Shown: in pieces, positions 41,122-55,361 of the stretch | Layout: every line of letters starts with the position of its first letter | Position numbering within the stretch: the stretch's first letter is position 1 | Origin: an uncultured Actinomycetota bacterium | Lineage (GTDB): Bacteria; Actinomycetota; Actinomycetes; Mycobacteriales; Pseudonocardiaceae | DNA length: 64,000 nucleotides | Direction of reading: 5' to 3' | Assembly: GCA_963728105.1 (NCBI GenBank) | Contig: CAVSJZ010000033.1 | Coordinates: 40,847 to 104,846 of the forward strand | Program-made: the position numbers and the translations under genes | The notes under the pieces: generated by a model | Databases searched by the model: none | What the model was told of the DNA's origin: nothing | Seen by the model: the letters and a program-made list of their open reading frames with translations, nothing else

Positions 41122-43485
41122 GTGACGACCCTGGCTCCCGAGCTGCTGCACAGGATGGACGCCTACTGGCGGGCGGCGAACTACGTGTCTGTCGGCCAGC
41201 TGTACCTCTACGACAACCCGCTGCTGAAGCGGCCCCTGGCGCTGTCGGACGTGAAGCCGCTGGTGGTCGGGCACTGGGGCACCACGCCGGGCCAGAACTT
41301 CATCTACGTGCACCTGAACCGCGTCATCACGCAGTACGACCTGGACATGTTCTACGTCGCAGGCCCCGGCCACGGCGGTCCGGCGCTGGTGGGCAACACC
41401 TACCTGGAGGGCAGCTACAGCGAGATCTACCCGGACGTCAGCCAGGACGAGGCCGGCATGAAGAAGCTGTTCACGCAGTTCTCGTTCCCTGGCGGGATCT
41501 CCAGCCACGTCGCCCCGACGACACCGGGATCGATCCACGAGGGCGGGGAGCTCGGGTACTCGCTCAGCCACGCGTTCGGCGCGGCGTTCGACAACCCCGA
41601 CCTGATCGTCGCGTGCGTCATCGGCGACGGCGAGGCCGAGACGGGCCCGCTCGCGACGGCCTGGCAGTCCACCAAGTTCCTGAACCCGATCGGCGACGGG
41701 GCCGTGCTGCCGATCCTGCACCTGAACGGCTACAAGATCAGCAACCCGACCGTGCTGGCCAGGATCGAGCACGAGGAGCTGGACCAGTTCCTGCGGGGCT
41801 GCGGATGGGAACCGCGCTACGTCGAGGGCGACGATCCCGAGGACATGCACGAGGCCATGGCCGCGGCGCTGGACGACGCGATCGCGAGCATCCACGGCAT
41901 CCAGGGCGGCGCCCGGATCACGGGCGACACGGCGCGGCGGCGATGGCCGATGATCGTGCTGCGCTCACCCAAGGGCTGGACCGGTCCGAAACAGGTGGAC
42001 GGGCTGCAGATCGAGGGCACCTTCCGGTCCCACCAGGTGCCGCTGCTGGTCGACGCGGACCATCCCGGGCACGTCGAGCAGCTGGACAGCTGGATGCGCA
42101 GCTACAAGCCCGAGGAGCTGTTCGACGAGGCCGGACGCCTGCTTCCCGATCTCGCGGCGCTCGCCCCGCGCGGCGAGCGGCGGATGGGCGCCAACCCCCA
42201 CACCAACGGCGGCCTGCTGCTGCGTGACCTGCACATGCCCGACTTCCGGGCCCACGCGGTCGCGGTCCCCGCGCCGGGCGGCGTCCGGGCCCAGGACACC
42301 CTCGTGCTCGGCGAGTTCCTGCGCGACGTCGTCGCGGCCAACGCCGACCAGCGCAACTTCCGGATCTTCGGTCCCGACGAGACCCTGTCGAACATGCTCG
42401 GCGCGGTGTTCGAGGTCACCGACCGGCAGTGGGAGGCCCGCACCGTCGCCACCGACGAGTCGCTGGCCCCGGCCGGCCGGGTGTTGGACTCGATGCTGAG
42501 CGAGCACCAGTCGCAGGGCTGGCTGGAGGGCTACCTGCTCACCGGGCGCCACGGGCTGTTCAACTGCTACGAGGCGTTCATCCACATCGTCGACTCGATG
42601 TTCAACCAGCACGCCAAATGGCTCAAGGTCACCAAGGCGCTGCCGTGGCGCCGCGACATCTCCTCGCTGAACTACCTGCTCGCCTCCCACGTCTGGCAGC
42701 AGGACCACAACGGGTTCACCCACCAGGACCCCGGGTTCCTCGACCACGTCGTGAACAAGAAGGCCGACATCGTCCGCGTCTACCTGCCCCCGGACGCCAA
42801 CTGCCTGCTCTCGGTCGCCGACCACTGCCTGCGCAGCCGCCACTACGTCAACGTGATCGTCGCCGGCAAGCACGCGATGCCGCAGTGGCTGACCATGGAG
42901 CAGGCGCAGGTGCACTGCACCGAAGGCATCGGCATCTGGGAATGGGCGGGCAACGACCGCGGCGCCGAACCGGACGTGGTACTGGCCTGCGCCGGCGACA
43001 CCCCCACCCTCGAGGTGCTGGCCGCGGTCACCATCCTGCGCGAGAACCTGCCCGAGCTGAAGATCCGGGTGGTCAACGTCGTGGACCTGATGAAGCTGCA
43101 GTCGGCCAGCGAGCACCCGCACGGCCTGTCCGACGGCGACTACGACGCGCTGTTCACCCGCGACAAGCACATCATCTTCGCCTTCCACGGCTACCCCACC
43201 CTGATCCACCGCCTCACCTACCGGCGGACCAACCGCAACCTGCACGTCCGCGGCTACAACGAGGAAGGCACGATCACCACCGCGTTCGACATGCGGGTGC
43301 AGAACCGCCTCGACCGCTTCCACCTGGTCCAGGACGTCATCGAGCGACTGCCGCAGCTGGGCGCCACCGGGGACTACCTGAAACAGACGATGGCCGACAA
43401 GCTCGTCGAGCACGACCTGTACATCAACAAGCACGGCCAGGACCTCCCGGAGATCCGGAACTGGACGTGGAGCGACCCGACGTGA
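41122..43485 (+). CDS. xfp: Xylulose-5-P/fructose-6-P phosphoketolase
   Basis: 'GHWGTTPG', 'EGGELGYSL', 'GDGEAETG', '[12 protein letters not shown]'; AAGGAG RBS. Confidence 0.95.
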   Translation: MTTLAPELLHRMDAYWRAANYVSVGQLYLYDNPLLKRPLALSDVKPLVVGHWGTTPGQNFIYVHLNRVITQYDLDMFYVAGPGHGGPALVGNTYLEGSYSEIYPDVSQDEAGMKKLFTQFSFPGGISSHVAPTTPGSIHEGGELGYSLSHAFGAAFDNPDLIVACVIGDGEAETGPLATAWQSTKFLNPIGDGAVLPILHLNGYKISNPTVLARIEHEELDQFLRGCGWEPRYVEGDDPEDMHEAMAAALDDAIASIHGIQGGARITGDTARRRWPMIVLRSPKGWTGPKQVDGLQIEGTFRSHQVPLLVDADHPGHVEQLDSWMRSYKPEELFDEAGRLLPDLAALAPRGERRMGANPHTNGGLLLRDLHMPDFRAHAVAVPAPGGVRAQDTLVLGEFLRDVVAANADQRNFRIFGPDETLSNMLGAVFEVTDRQWEARTVATDESLAPAGRVLDSMLSEHQSQGWLEGYLLTGRHGLFNCYEAFIHIVDSMFNQHAKWLKVTKALPWRRDISSLNYLLASHVWQQDHNGFTHQDPGFLDHVVNKKADIVRVYLPPDANCLLSVADHCLRSRHYVNVIVAGKHAMPQWLTMEQAQVHCTEGIGIWEWAGNDRGAEPDVVLACAGDTPTLEVLAAVTILRENLPELKIRVVNVVDLMKLQSASEHPHGLSDGDYDALFTRDKHIIFAFHGYPTLIHRLTYRRTNRNLHVRGYNEEGTITTAFDMRVQNRLDRFHLVQDVIERLPQLGATGDYLKQTMADKLVEHDLYINKHGQDLPEIRNWTWSDPT

Positions 43486-46037
43486 GCACGCCGGAGCTCC
43501 TCCACGACCACCGGCCGGACACCGGCGACGACCTGAAGTCCGTGCCACTGGCCGAGGTCGAGAAGCGGCTGCACGCCTCCGTGGACGGCCTCAGCCAGGC
43601 CGAAGCGGACGAACGCCTGGCCACCTACGGGCCGAACGAGATCGCCGAACACAAACCCAACCCGGTCCTGAAGTTCCTGAGCTACTTCTGGGGGCCCATC
43701 CCGTGGATGATCGAGATCGCGATCATCCTGTCCGCCGCGGTCGGGCACTGGCCCGACTTCTTCATCATCCTCGTCCTGCTCGTCGCCAACGGCCTCGTGG
43801 GTTTCCTCGAGGAACGGCAAGCCGGCAACGCCATCGACGCGCTCAAGGCCGAGCTCGCGATCACCGCCCGGGTCCTGCGCGACGGGAGCTGGGTCACCCC
43901 GCCCGCGCGGGAGCTCGTCCCGGGCGACGTCATCCGCCTGCGGCTGGGCGACATCGTGCCCGCCGACGCCCGGCTGCTCGACGGCGACCCGGTCGAGGTC
44001 GACCAGTCCGCCCTCACCGGCGAGTCCCTGCCCGCCACCCGCGCACCGGGCGAGGCCGTCTACTCCGGCTCCATCATCCGCCAGGGCGAGATCGGCGCGC
44101 TGGTCTACGGCACCGGCACCAACACCTACTTCGGCCGGACCGCACAGCTCGTACAGGACGCCCACACCGTCAGCCACTTCCAACGGGCCGTCCTGAAGAT
44201 CGGCAACTACCTCATCGTCCTCGCCGTCGTCCTGGTCGCCGTGATCGTCGTCGTCTCGATCCTGCGTGGCGACCCGGTCCTCACCACCCTGCAGTTCGCG
44301 CTGGTCCTGACCGTCGCCGCGATCCCCGTCGCGATGCCCACCGTGCTCTCGGTGACCATGGCCGTCGGAGCCCGCGCGCTCGCCACCAAGAAGGCCATCG
44401 TCAGCCGGCTGGTGGCGATCGAGGAGCTCGCCGGCGTCGACGTGCTCTGCGCCGACAAGACCGGCACCCTCACCCAGAACACCCTCACCCTCGGCACACC
44501 GTTCAGCGTCGACGGCGTCACCGCCGAGCAGGTCGTCGTGGCGGGTGCCCTCGCCTCCCGCGCCGACAACGACGACCCCATCGACCTCGCCGTCCTGGCC
44601 GGCCTCCCCGACACCGACACCGACACCGACACCGTCCACGGCTACCGCATCGAGCACTTCCGGCCGTTCGACCCCGTGCACAAGCGCACCGAGGCGACCA
44701 TCACCGCAGCGGACGGCACCACCTTCCGCGTCACCAAGGGCGCACCCCAGGTCATCCTGGCCCTGTCCGCCGACGCCACCGACGTGCAGGCCGCCGTGGA
44801 CCAGGCCGTCAACGGGTTCGCCGCCCGTGGGTTCCGCGCACTGGGCGTCGCCCGCGCCGACGGCCCGGCCGACCACGACGGCGCTTGGCGGTTCCTCGGC
44901 GTGCTACCCCTTTCCGACCCGCCCCGCGAGGACGCCAAGGCCACCATCGCCACCGCACGCGACATGGGCGTCACCATCAAGATGGTTACCGGCGACGCCC
45001 TGGCCATCGCCACGGAGACCGCCAGGAAGCTCGACATGGGCACCGACATCCTCGACGCCGCCGGCCTCGGCGACGCCAAGCACGACGAGACCGCCGAGAC
45101 CGCCCGGTCCATCGAGGACGCCGACGGGTTCGCCCAGGTGTTCCCCGAGCACAAGTTCCACATCGTCGACGTCCTGCAGAAGCGCGGCCACATCGTCGGC
45201 ATGACCGGCGACGGCGTCAACGACGCCCCCGCGCTCAAGAAGGCCGACTGCGGCATCGCCGTGTCCGCCGCCACCGACGCCGCCCGCGCCGCCGCGTCCA
45301 TCGTCCTGACCACCCCCGGTCTCTCGGTGATCATCGACGCGGTCAAGGAAGGCCGCCGGATCTTCCAACGCATGAACAGCTACGCGATCTACCGCATCGC
45401 CGAGACGCTGCGCGTGCTGCTGTTCATGACCCTGGCCATCCTCGTCTTCAACTTCTACCCGCTGACGGCCGTCATGATCGTGATGCTGGCGCTGCTCAAC
45501 GACGGCGCCATCCTCTCGATCTCCTACGACAACGTCCGCTACCGCAACCGGCCAGAGGCCTGGGACATGCGCCAGGTCCTCACCATCGCCACGGTCCTGG
45601 GCGTCATCGGCCCGATCGCCGCGTTCGGGCTGTTCTACCTCGGCGACCGCGTCTTCCACCTCGGCCACCCGCAGCTGCAGACACTGATGTACCTCATGCT
45701 GTCCGTCGCCGGGCACCTCACCATCTTCCTGACCCGCACCCGCGGCCCGTTCTGGTCCATCCGACCCGCCCGCATCCTCGTCCTCGCCGTCCTCGGCACC
45801 CAGGCCATCGCCACCCTCATCGCCGTCTACGGGCTGTTCATGACGCCACTGGGCTGGGGCTGGGCCGCGTTCGTCTGGGCCTACGCCATCATCTGGGCGG
45901 CACTCGGCGACCGCGCCAAGCTCCTCGCCTACAAGATCCTCGACGCCCGCCAGCACACCACGACCGTCCACGCCGAGGACGCCCGGCCCGCGTCCGGCGA
46001 CGGCCCCGCCGACCGGGCACCGACGAAGAAGACCTGA
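43482..46037 (+). CDS. Plasma-membrane-type proton-efflux P-type ATPase (P3A)
   Basis: '[10 protein letters not shown]', '[17 protein letters not shown]', 'DKTGTLT', '[10 protein letters not shown]', '[11 protein letters not shown]', 'LALLNDG'; GTGA overlap with the xfp stop. Confidence 0.9.
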   Translation: MSTPELLHDHRPDTGDDLKSVPLAEVEKRLHASVDGLSQAEADERLATYGPNEIAEHKPNPVLKFLSYFWGPIPWMIEIAIILSAAVGHWPDFFIILVLLVANGLVGFLEERQAGNAIDALKAELAITARVLRDGSWVTPPARELVPGDVIRLRLGDIVPADARLLDGDPVEVDQSALTGESLPATRAPGEAVYSGSIIRQGEIGALVYGTGTNTYFGRTAQLVQDAHTVSHFQRAVLKIGNYLIVLAVVLVAVIVVVSILRGDPVLTTLQFALVLTVAAIPVAMPTVLSVTMAVGARALATKKAIVSRLVAIEELAGVDVLCADKTGTLTQNTLTLGTPFSVDGVTAEQVVVAGALASRADNDDPIDLAVLAGLPDTDTDTDTVHGYRIEHFRPFDPVHKRTEATITAADGTTFRVTKGAPQVILALSADATDVQAAVDQAVNGFAARGFRALGVARADGPADHDGAWRFLGVLPLSDPPREDAKATIATARDMGVTIKMVTGDALAIATETARKLDMGTDILDAAGLGDAKHDETAETARSIEDADGFAQVFPEHKFHIVDVLQKRGHIVGMTGDGVNDAPALKKADCGIAVSAATDAARAAASIVLTTPGLSVIIDAVKEGRRIFQRMNSYAIYRIAETLRVLLFMTLAILVFNFYPLTAVMIVMLALLNDGAILSISYDNVRYRNRPEAWDMRQVLTIATVLGVIGPIAAFGLFYLGDRVFHLGHPQLQTLMYLMLSVAGHLTIFLTRTRGPFWSIRPARILVLAVLGTQAIATLIAVYGLFMTPLGWGWAAFVWAYAIIWAALGDRAKLLAYKILDARQHTTTVHAEDARPASGDGPADRAPTKKT
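44610..44633 (+). repeat. In-frame (GACACC)4 microsatellite encoding DTDTDTDT
   Basis: Seen directly in an N-domain loop. Confidence 0.85.
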
Positions 46038-46136
46038 TCGTCCCGGACCGTGCGGCGCAACGTACGTCAACGGTTCCACGACGGGTCCACAGCAACCGCT
46101 CAGCCGACGACCAGGTTTCCGGCCTAGTGTCGGAAG

Positions 46137-48092
<1,956 letters not shown>

Positions 48093-48126
48093 CCCGACTG
48101 GAACCCACGGTGAGCGCGGCGTCGGC

Positions 48127-48328
48127 GGCGCCCTCGCTCTCGAACGGGCGCTCGCGGGCTTCACCTGCGGCCGGCGGGTCGTGAACGGGGTCAACATGCC
48201 GGTCCAGGTGCCCAGTGGCGCCGCTGGAGCCCTGCTTCCTCGCCGACCGGTGGTTCTCTGAGCGCGGCATCCGCGGCGACGCGGAGCCCGTCTGCGCGAC
48301 GCCGCCCGACGCGGTGTTCGCCAAGCCC
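48127..48328 (+). pseudogene. Relic of a type III sulfide:quinone oxidoreductase-like gene
   Basis: 'ALALERALAGFTCGRRVVNGVNMPV' /frameshift/ 'CPVAPLEPCFLADRWFSERGIRG...TPPDAVFAKP'. Confidence 0.7.
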
Positions 48329-48816
48329 TGCCCCCTCCTGTCCAGGGGGGCGCGGCGGCGCGGCCGGAGTGCCGGTCCGCGCAGGACGTCGCTCGATGTC
48401 CGAGGCCGGGCGATGCGTTCCGCATCGCCCGGCCTCGGCTTCGCGGCACTCGTCCGCTCCCCAGCGACGAGTGGAGGCTGTACCCGGCCAGACACCCCGG
48501 GTCGGGGTCGACGATGTCCACTGTCGTCTCGAGTGCCGGCAGTGCGCCTGGGTCGTTGGGCCTCTGCACGCCGGTTGACGGCCCTTTCCGTGACGGCCGG
48601 CTCGTCCACGCCCGGGCCCGCGCCGGGGGTCGCTCGCCGCCCTCTGGCGTCGCCGGTGGCCGGGCCCCTGACCACGCGGACACCATCGGGCGACGATCCG
48701 GCCGCGGAGCACGCGCGGGTCCGGTGTCCGGGTCTATCGTGTGACCGTCACCGGCTCGGGACCTCGGCCGGCTCCGTAGACCCCGATGGGGGTCCGAGAG
48801 CGCCGAGGATGGACCG

Positions 48817-49347
48817 ATGAGCCCACGTGTCCTGGTGGTCATGGGCGTGTCCGGTTGCGGGAAGTCGACGGTCGCCGCGCTCCTGGCCGGTCGCGAGGGC
48901 TGGGCCTTCGAGGAGGGCGACTCCCTGCATCCGCAGGCCAACGTCGACAAGATGCACGCCGGTCACCCCCTGAACGACGCGGACCGCGCCCCGTGGCTGG
49001 AGAAGGTCGCGGCCTGGATCGAGGGCGTGCTCGACGCCGGCCGCAACGGCGTCATCACCTGCTCCGCCCTCAAACGCGCCTACCGCGACGTCCTCGACCG
49101 CCGCCACCACGGCGTCCTGTTCGTCTACCTGGCGGGCGACCAGGAGACGATCGCCGCCCGGCTGGCGGTCCGGCAGGGGCACTTCATGCCACCCGGCCTG
49201 CTGCAGAGCCAGTTCGACAGCCTCGAGGAACCGACCGACGACGAGCCCGTCATCCGGGTGGACATCGGCCCCCCACCCGAGGAGATCGTCCAGCGCGTCA
49301 TCGACGAGCTGGATCCCGAGCCGAGCAAGGACGGAGCGCACTCATGA
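48817..49347 (+). CDS. gntK: Gluconokinase
   Basis: 'VMGVSGCGKST', 'EGDSLHPQANVDKM', 'CSALKRAYRD', 'HFMPPGLLQSQF'. Confidence 0.95.
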   Translation: MSPRVLVVMGVSGCGKSTVAALLAGREGWAFEEGDSLHPQANVDKMHAGHPLNDADRAPWLEKVAAWIEGVLDAGRNGVITCSALKRAYRDVLDRRHHGVLFVYLAGDQETIAARLAVRQGHFMPPGLLQSQFDSLEEPTDDEPVIRVDIGPPPEEIVQRVIDELDPEPSKDGAHS

Positions 49348-50857
49348 TCTTCATGGCGGACGCCGTGACCGACCAGCTGCACCAACCGTGGGCGGCCCAC
49401 GACACCCAGGTTCTCGTCGTCGCCGTGCTGGGCATCGCGCTGGTCGTCGTCCTGATCGTCGTCGCCAAGATGCACGCGTTCCTCGCGCTGAGCATCAGCT
49501 CGCTGCTGGTCGGCATCTTCTCCGGGATCAACCTCACGAAGGTCACGGCGTCGTTCGAGACGGGGTCGGCGGGGTTCTGGGCTACGTCGGTGTGCTGATC
49601 GCCCTCGGCGCCATGCTTGGCAAGCTGCTCGGCGACTCCGGCGGTGCCGACAAGATCGTCGACACGCTGCTGCGCGGCCGCCCGGCGACGCTGCCGTGGA
49701 AGATGGCCTTGATCGCGGTCATCATCGGCATCCCGATGTTCTTCGAGGTCGGCCTGGTACTGCTGGTGCCGGTCATCATGCTCGCGGTGCGGCGCTCCGG
49801 CGGGCGCGCGATGCTGCTGGGGATCCCCGCACTGGCCGGGCTGTCGGTGCTGCACGGCTTCATCCCGCCCCACCCCGGACCCGTCGCGGCGATCGGGATC
49901 CTGCACGCCGACATCGGCATCACGCTCGCACTCGGACTCCTCGTCGCCATCCCGACGGTCGCCGTCTGCGGCCCGGTGTTCGGCCGCCTCGCCGCTCATT
50001 GGGTCCCCATCGGCGCCGCGGGCGCGGGGCTCGCCTTCACCGGAGCACCATCAGGGACGGAGTCCGCCGAGACGATGCCGCCGCCGGGGACCACATCCTC
50101 GGGTGGCTCCGGTCCCGGTGCGCAGCGCCTGGGCACGCCCCCCGACGCCGCCGGCACCGACCGCGGCGAGCAGGATCCGCCGGCACGGCGCGTCCCGTCC
50201 TTCGGGTGGACGCTGACCACGGTGCTCTCCCCCGTGGCGCTGATGCTCGCCCGCGCCGCCGCGGATCTGTGGCTCGCGCCGGACACCGTCGTCTACAAGG
50301 TGCTCGGCTTCATCGGCGACCCCGTCGTCGCGCTGCTCATCGCCGTGCTGCTCGCCATGGTCACCCTGGGGACCGCCGTCGGGTTCACGGCGTCGACACT
50401 GCAGAAGAGCATCGGCGCGAGCCTGCTCCCGATCGTCGGGGTCCTGCTCATCGTCGGCGCCGGAGGGGGCTTCAAGCAGGTGCTCGTCGACGGCGGCACG
50501 GGGGCGGCCATCGGCAAGATCGCCGTCGCGGCCAGCCTGTCGGCGCTCGTGCTCGGCTGGATGGTCGCGGTCCTGATCCGGGTGGCGACGGGATCCGCGA
50601 CGGTGGCCACCGTGACCGCCGCGGGCATCGTCGCGCCGCTGGCGGCCGGCCTGCCGCCTGCGCAGCTGGCACTGGTGGTGCTGGCGGTCGGTGCTGGATC
50701 CCTTTTCTTCTCCCACGTCAACGATGCAGGCTTCTGGCTGGTCAAGGAGTATTTCGGCATGACCGTCTGGGAGACGATCAAGACCTGGTCGGTGATGGAG
50801 ACCCTGATCTCCCTCATGGGTCTCGGGCTGACGGTGCTGCTCTCGACCATCGTGTAG
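49344..50857 (+). CDS. gntP: GntP family gluconate:H+ symporter; frameshift at 49562-49565
   Basis: 'KMHAFLAL' in one frame; 'LGAMLGKLL', 'PPHPGP', 'TGSATVA', 'SHVNDAGFW' in the next; one G missing from a G run. Confidence 0.88.
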
Positions 50858-51298
50858 GCGCGGGTCAGCACCCCGGCTCATCAGGCACGACGTCTTTCGG
50901 TGTCATCCATGGCCACGCCTGGGCGGCCCGGCTGCCCGGCCGAAGAGGTCGTCCTCGCATGGCCGGGTGGACGGACATGCGAGCCGATGTGCGCTGCCCC
51001 TGGCGGCCGGGCGACGCCCGACCGGCCGCCTTGCCGCGTCCCGTCGGCGCGCCGACCATGCTTACCCGAAGGTGAGAGGACCCTGCCGAGGCGCAGGCCC
51101 GGTCCCGTCCCTCCGGCGATCGTGGCGGGGGTCCCCTTCGGACGAACATCTCCCCATGCCGGTGACGGGCCGGCGCGAACTGCGGGAGATGACGATGCGC
51201 AAGACCGAGGGGACCGAGATGCGGCGGCAGCGGCCGCTCGTGCGTGGCGAGATGCCCGGGCACCCCCGCCCGGCCCGGCCCGCGACGGGGGCCTAGCC

Positions 51299-54200
51299 GT
51301 GTCGACGATCGGACCCGTCATCGAGCTCGGGGGAAACGACGACAGCCTGACCCGGGACCTCGCGACCAGCCTGGCCCTCCACGTGGCGGCGAGCCCGACG
51401 CCCGGCGGGGCCATGACGCCCGCCCCGGCCGCCGAGCACCCCGCCGTCGAGCACCCCGCCACCGAGCACACCGCCGCCGAGATCGACGCCGACCGGCTGG
51501 AGGCGGAGATCGCACGGCTGCAGGCCGAGCTCGGGCGCCTGCGGGCCGCGTCCGGCCCGGCCCGCCCGACGCCCACACCGCGGCCGACCACCCCGTCCGC
51601 GCCGGATGCGGACGCACGCGCGTCCTCGACCGGTGGGACCGACATGGCCGCCGGTGACGCCACCGAGATCATGACCGCGTTCGCCACGCGCGCCGGCCGG
51701 ACCGGGTCACGCCCCGACGGGACCATGTCGGTCATCGACGAGGCCACGACCTTCCTGGACGCGGCGGCACTGCGCCGGCTGGCCGAGGCCGCCGCGGCGG
51801 CCCGGACCCGCGGGCGCCTGCCCGCGCCCGAGCAGCGGCGGTCGGACCAGCCCGCTCGACCCGGGTCGGCGGCCGTGCCCGGCCCCGCCTCGCCCCGCCC
51901 CCGGCCGGCCTCGGCGCGCCCCGCGCCGCCCGTCCCGGTGACCGGGTCGGTCTCGTCCCCACACCCCACGCCCCGCGACCCTGCGCGCGGCTCCGCTGGC
52001 TCCTGCCCGTCCGCAGGGGCCGGCGCCGGCGCCGGCTCCAGGGCGCCCGGTTCCGCAGGCCCGGCCGGCACAGGCGCCCCGGCCGGCTCAGACCGGCCGT
52101 GGCCCGCAGGCCCCGCGCCAGCCGCAGGCGAGCCGCGCGGCCCTCGCCGCCCGGCCCCCGCACGCCGGCCGCCCCGCCCCCGCCGGTCGCCCCGCCCACG
52201 CCGGTCGCCCCGCCCACGCCGGTCGCCCCGCCTCGACCACGGGCTCGACCCCGATCGCCCGGATCGCCGGCCGGTCGGCCGCGGGGGCCACCTCGACCGG
52301 ACAGTCCGTCGCCGCGGTCGCGGCCGCTCTCGCCGCGTTGCTCGCCGAGGTGCTCGAGGTCGACCAGGTGCGTCCCGAGCAGGACGTGTTCACCGAGCTG
52401 GGCGCCGACTCGATGGTCATGACCCGGTTCTGCGCCCGCGTGCGGCGGCGGTCCGACCTGCCGTCGGTCTCGGTCAAGGACGTCTACGCCCACCCGACGC
52501 TGCTCGGCCTGGCCCGCGCGCTCACCCCGCCGGTCGCGACCGGCACCCGCCCCCGGCTGACGCCCGTGTCGCCCGACGTCGTCGCGACGGGGCTGGCGCA
52601 GGTGCTGGCGGGCGTGCTGAAGGTCGAGCAGGTCGGCGTGGAGCAGGACGTCTTCGCGGAGCTGGGCGCGGACTCGATGACGATCACCCGGTTCTGCGCG
52701 GCCCTGCGGCGCCGCCGCGAGCTGCCCACCGTCGCCGTCAAGGACGTCTACGCGCACCGGACGATGGCCGCGCTCGCCAGCGCGACCGCGCCGGCCGGAG
52801 CGCGCCCCGAGCCCGTCAAGGCGGAGCCGCTGCCGCGCCCGAAGCCGGCGAGCACGTTCTCCTACCTGTTCTGCGGCCTCCTGCAGACGCTGGTGTTCCT
52901 CGGCTACGCGGCCCTGCTGGGGGCGGCGACCGCCCAGGCTTACACGGTGATCTCCGCCGGCACGACCGTCCTGGACGTGTACCTGCGTGCGGTGATCGTG
53001 GGCGGCGTCGCGTTCGGCGCGCTGACCGTCCTGCCGATCGCGGCGAAGTGGGCGCTGATCGGGCGGTGGAAGGAGCGGGAGATCCGCGCCTGGAGCCTGG
53101 GCTACTTCCGCTTCTGGCTGGGCCGCATGATCGTCCGGGCCAACCCGCTCGTCCCGCTGATCGTGGGCACGCCCCTGTACCCGCTGTACCTGCGGGCGCT
53201 GGGCGCGAAGATCGGCCGCGGCGTGCTGATCCTGAGCAAGCAGATCCCCGTCGCCACCGACCTGGTCACGATCGGGGCCGGCACGGTCATCCGCAAGGAC
53301 GTCCACTTCACCGGTGCGGCCGCGGTCGCCGGCACCATCCGGCTGGGCCGGATCACCCTGGGCCGCGACGTCGTCGTCGGCGAGAAGAGCGCGCTGGACA
53401 TCGGCACGGCGATGGGCGACGGCGCCCAGCTCGGGCACGCCTCGGCGCTGCACGCCGGCCAGACGGTGCCAGCGGGCGCCCGCTTCGAGGGCTCGCCCGC
53501 GGCTCCGACCGCGACCGACCACCGCCGGGTGCCGCCGATGCCGGCGAGCCGGACGCGCACGGTGGTCTACGGCCTGCTGCAGCTGGTCAAGATCCTCGGC
53601 GTGTACCTGCCGCTGGCCTTCGGCGGCCTGATCATGGTGCTGGCCAACGCGCCGAAGCTGCGCGGCCTGATCGACCCCGGTCCCGTCGCGCTGAACCAGC
53701 CCCTGCTCTACGTCGACGCCCTGGCCGGCTCGGGCATCGTCCTGCTCGGTGGCCTGCTGGTCGGTTTCGTCCTGGTGACGACGCTGCCGCGGCTGCTGGG
53801 CCTGGCCGTCCGGCCGGACCGGGTCTACCGGGTCTACGGGGCGCGCTACGCCATGTTCCGCACGATCACCCGGATGACCAACGTCAAGACCTTCGTCGGC
53901 CTGCTCGGCGACAGCTCCTTCATCGTCGGCTACCTGCGGGCACTGGGCTACGACCTGGGCAAGGTCGTGCAGACCGGGTCGAACTTCGGCCTGTCGGTCT
54001 CCCACGACAACCCCTACCTGTCGACGGTCGGCACCGGCACGGTGGTCGCCGACGGGCTCTCGATCGCCAACGCCGAGGTCTCGGCCACCGCGTTCCGGGT
54101 GAGCCGGGTCGCGGTCGGCGCGAACAGCTTCCTGGGCAACTACATCGCCTACCCGGCCGGCGCGCAGGTCGGCGACAACTGCCTGCTCGCGACGAAGGTC

Positions 54201-55361
54201 GGGCTGCCGCTCACCGGGCCGGTCCGCGAGGGCGTCGGCCTGCTGGGCTCGCCGGCGTTCGAGATCCCCCGCACGGTCCGCCGCGACCAGGAGATGGAGG
54301 TCGCGCCGGCCGAGGTCCGGCGGCGGCTGCGGCGCAAGAACCTGCACAACTTCGGCACCCTGCTGGCGACGCTGGCGATGCGGTGGCTGGACCTGGCGGG
54401 CCTGCTGCTGCTGGCGCTGCTGGCGGTGGACACCTACCCGGTGTTCGGCTTCTGGTCCTTCGGCGCCGAGATCCTCGCCTCGCTGGCGTTCACCCTCTGC
54501 TACCGCATCGTCGTCGAGCGGCTCGGCGGCGGCTTCCGCCGCCTGCGCCCGCAGTCGTGCTCGATCTACGACCGGACGTTCTGGCGGCACGAGCGCTACT
54601 GGAAGTTCGTCGTGCCACAGGGCATGGACCGCATCCTCGCGGGGACCCCGTGGAAGAACCTGGTCAGCAGGCTGCTGGGGGTCCGGATCGGGCGCCGTGT
54701 CCTCGACCTGGGCGCGTGGATGAGCGAGCGCTCCCTGCTGACGATCGGGGACGACGCGACCCTCGACGAGGGCAGCATCCTGCAGTGCCACTCGCAGGAG
54801 GACGGCGCGTTCAAGTCCGACCACTCCACGGTCGAGGCCGGGGCCTCGGTCGGCTCGGGTGCGCTGGTCCACTACGGCGTCACGGTCGGCGAGGGCGCCG
54901 TCATCGCCGCCGACTCCTTCCTGATGAAGGGCGAGGAGGTGCCGGCCGGTGCGTACTGGGGCGGCAACCCCGCCCGCGAGCTTCCCCTGCCCGTCCGTTC
55001 CGGCGCCGACCGCGGCGCCCCCGTCCTGGAGACCCGTCATGACCTCGACCGACCCGCAGCCCTTCCCGTCGCCGACGTTCGGCGGCCCGCCGTTCCCGGC
55101 CCCGACGTTCGACGCCCTGTCGTTCCCGGCCCCGGCGTTCTCGGCGCCCACGTTCCCGGCCCCGGCGTTCCCGGCCCCGGCGTCCGACGCCCCGTCGTTC
55201 CCGGCCCCGCCGTCCGACGCGGCCCCGTTCCCGGCGGTCCCGTCCGACGCCCCGGCGTTCCCGGCCCCGGCGTTCCCGGCCCCCGGGTTCCCGGCCCCGC
55301 CGTCCCGGGCCGCGCTCCGGCCCGTCCGCACCCCGGCGCCCACCTGCGCACTGTGGCCTGA
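51299..55361 (+). CDS. Pls/PosA-like membrane polymerase without an A domain: coiled coil + Pro/Ala linker + PCP-PCP + TM-separated C1/C2/C3 domains; probable frameshift near 51960
   Basis: Two 'VFxELGADSM' carrier motifs; three 'RxLG...IG/VG...GSPA/GNPA' domains separated by TM helices. The frame is open from 51942 to 55361 and the N-terminal part (start 51299 or 51413) is one frame off. Confidence 0.82.
52161..52232 (+). repeat. Four ~18-bp tandem repeats (CACGCCGGTCGCCCCGCC)
   Basis: Seen directly in the low-complexity linker. Confidence 0.8.

Noticed and set aside
51061-51145. Small hairpin (CTTACC-CGAA-GGTGAG) and adjacent GC-rich stems upstream of the synthetase as a riboswitch
   Set aside because: No recognisable riboswitch consensus; short GC stems are common here
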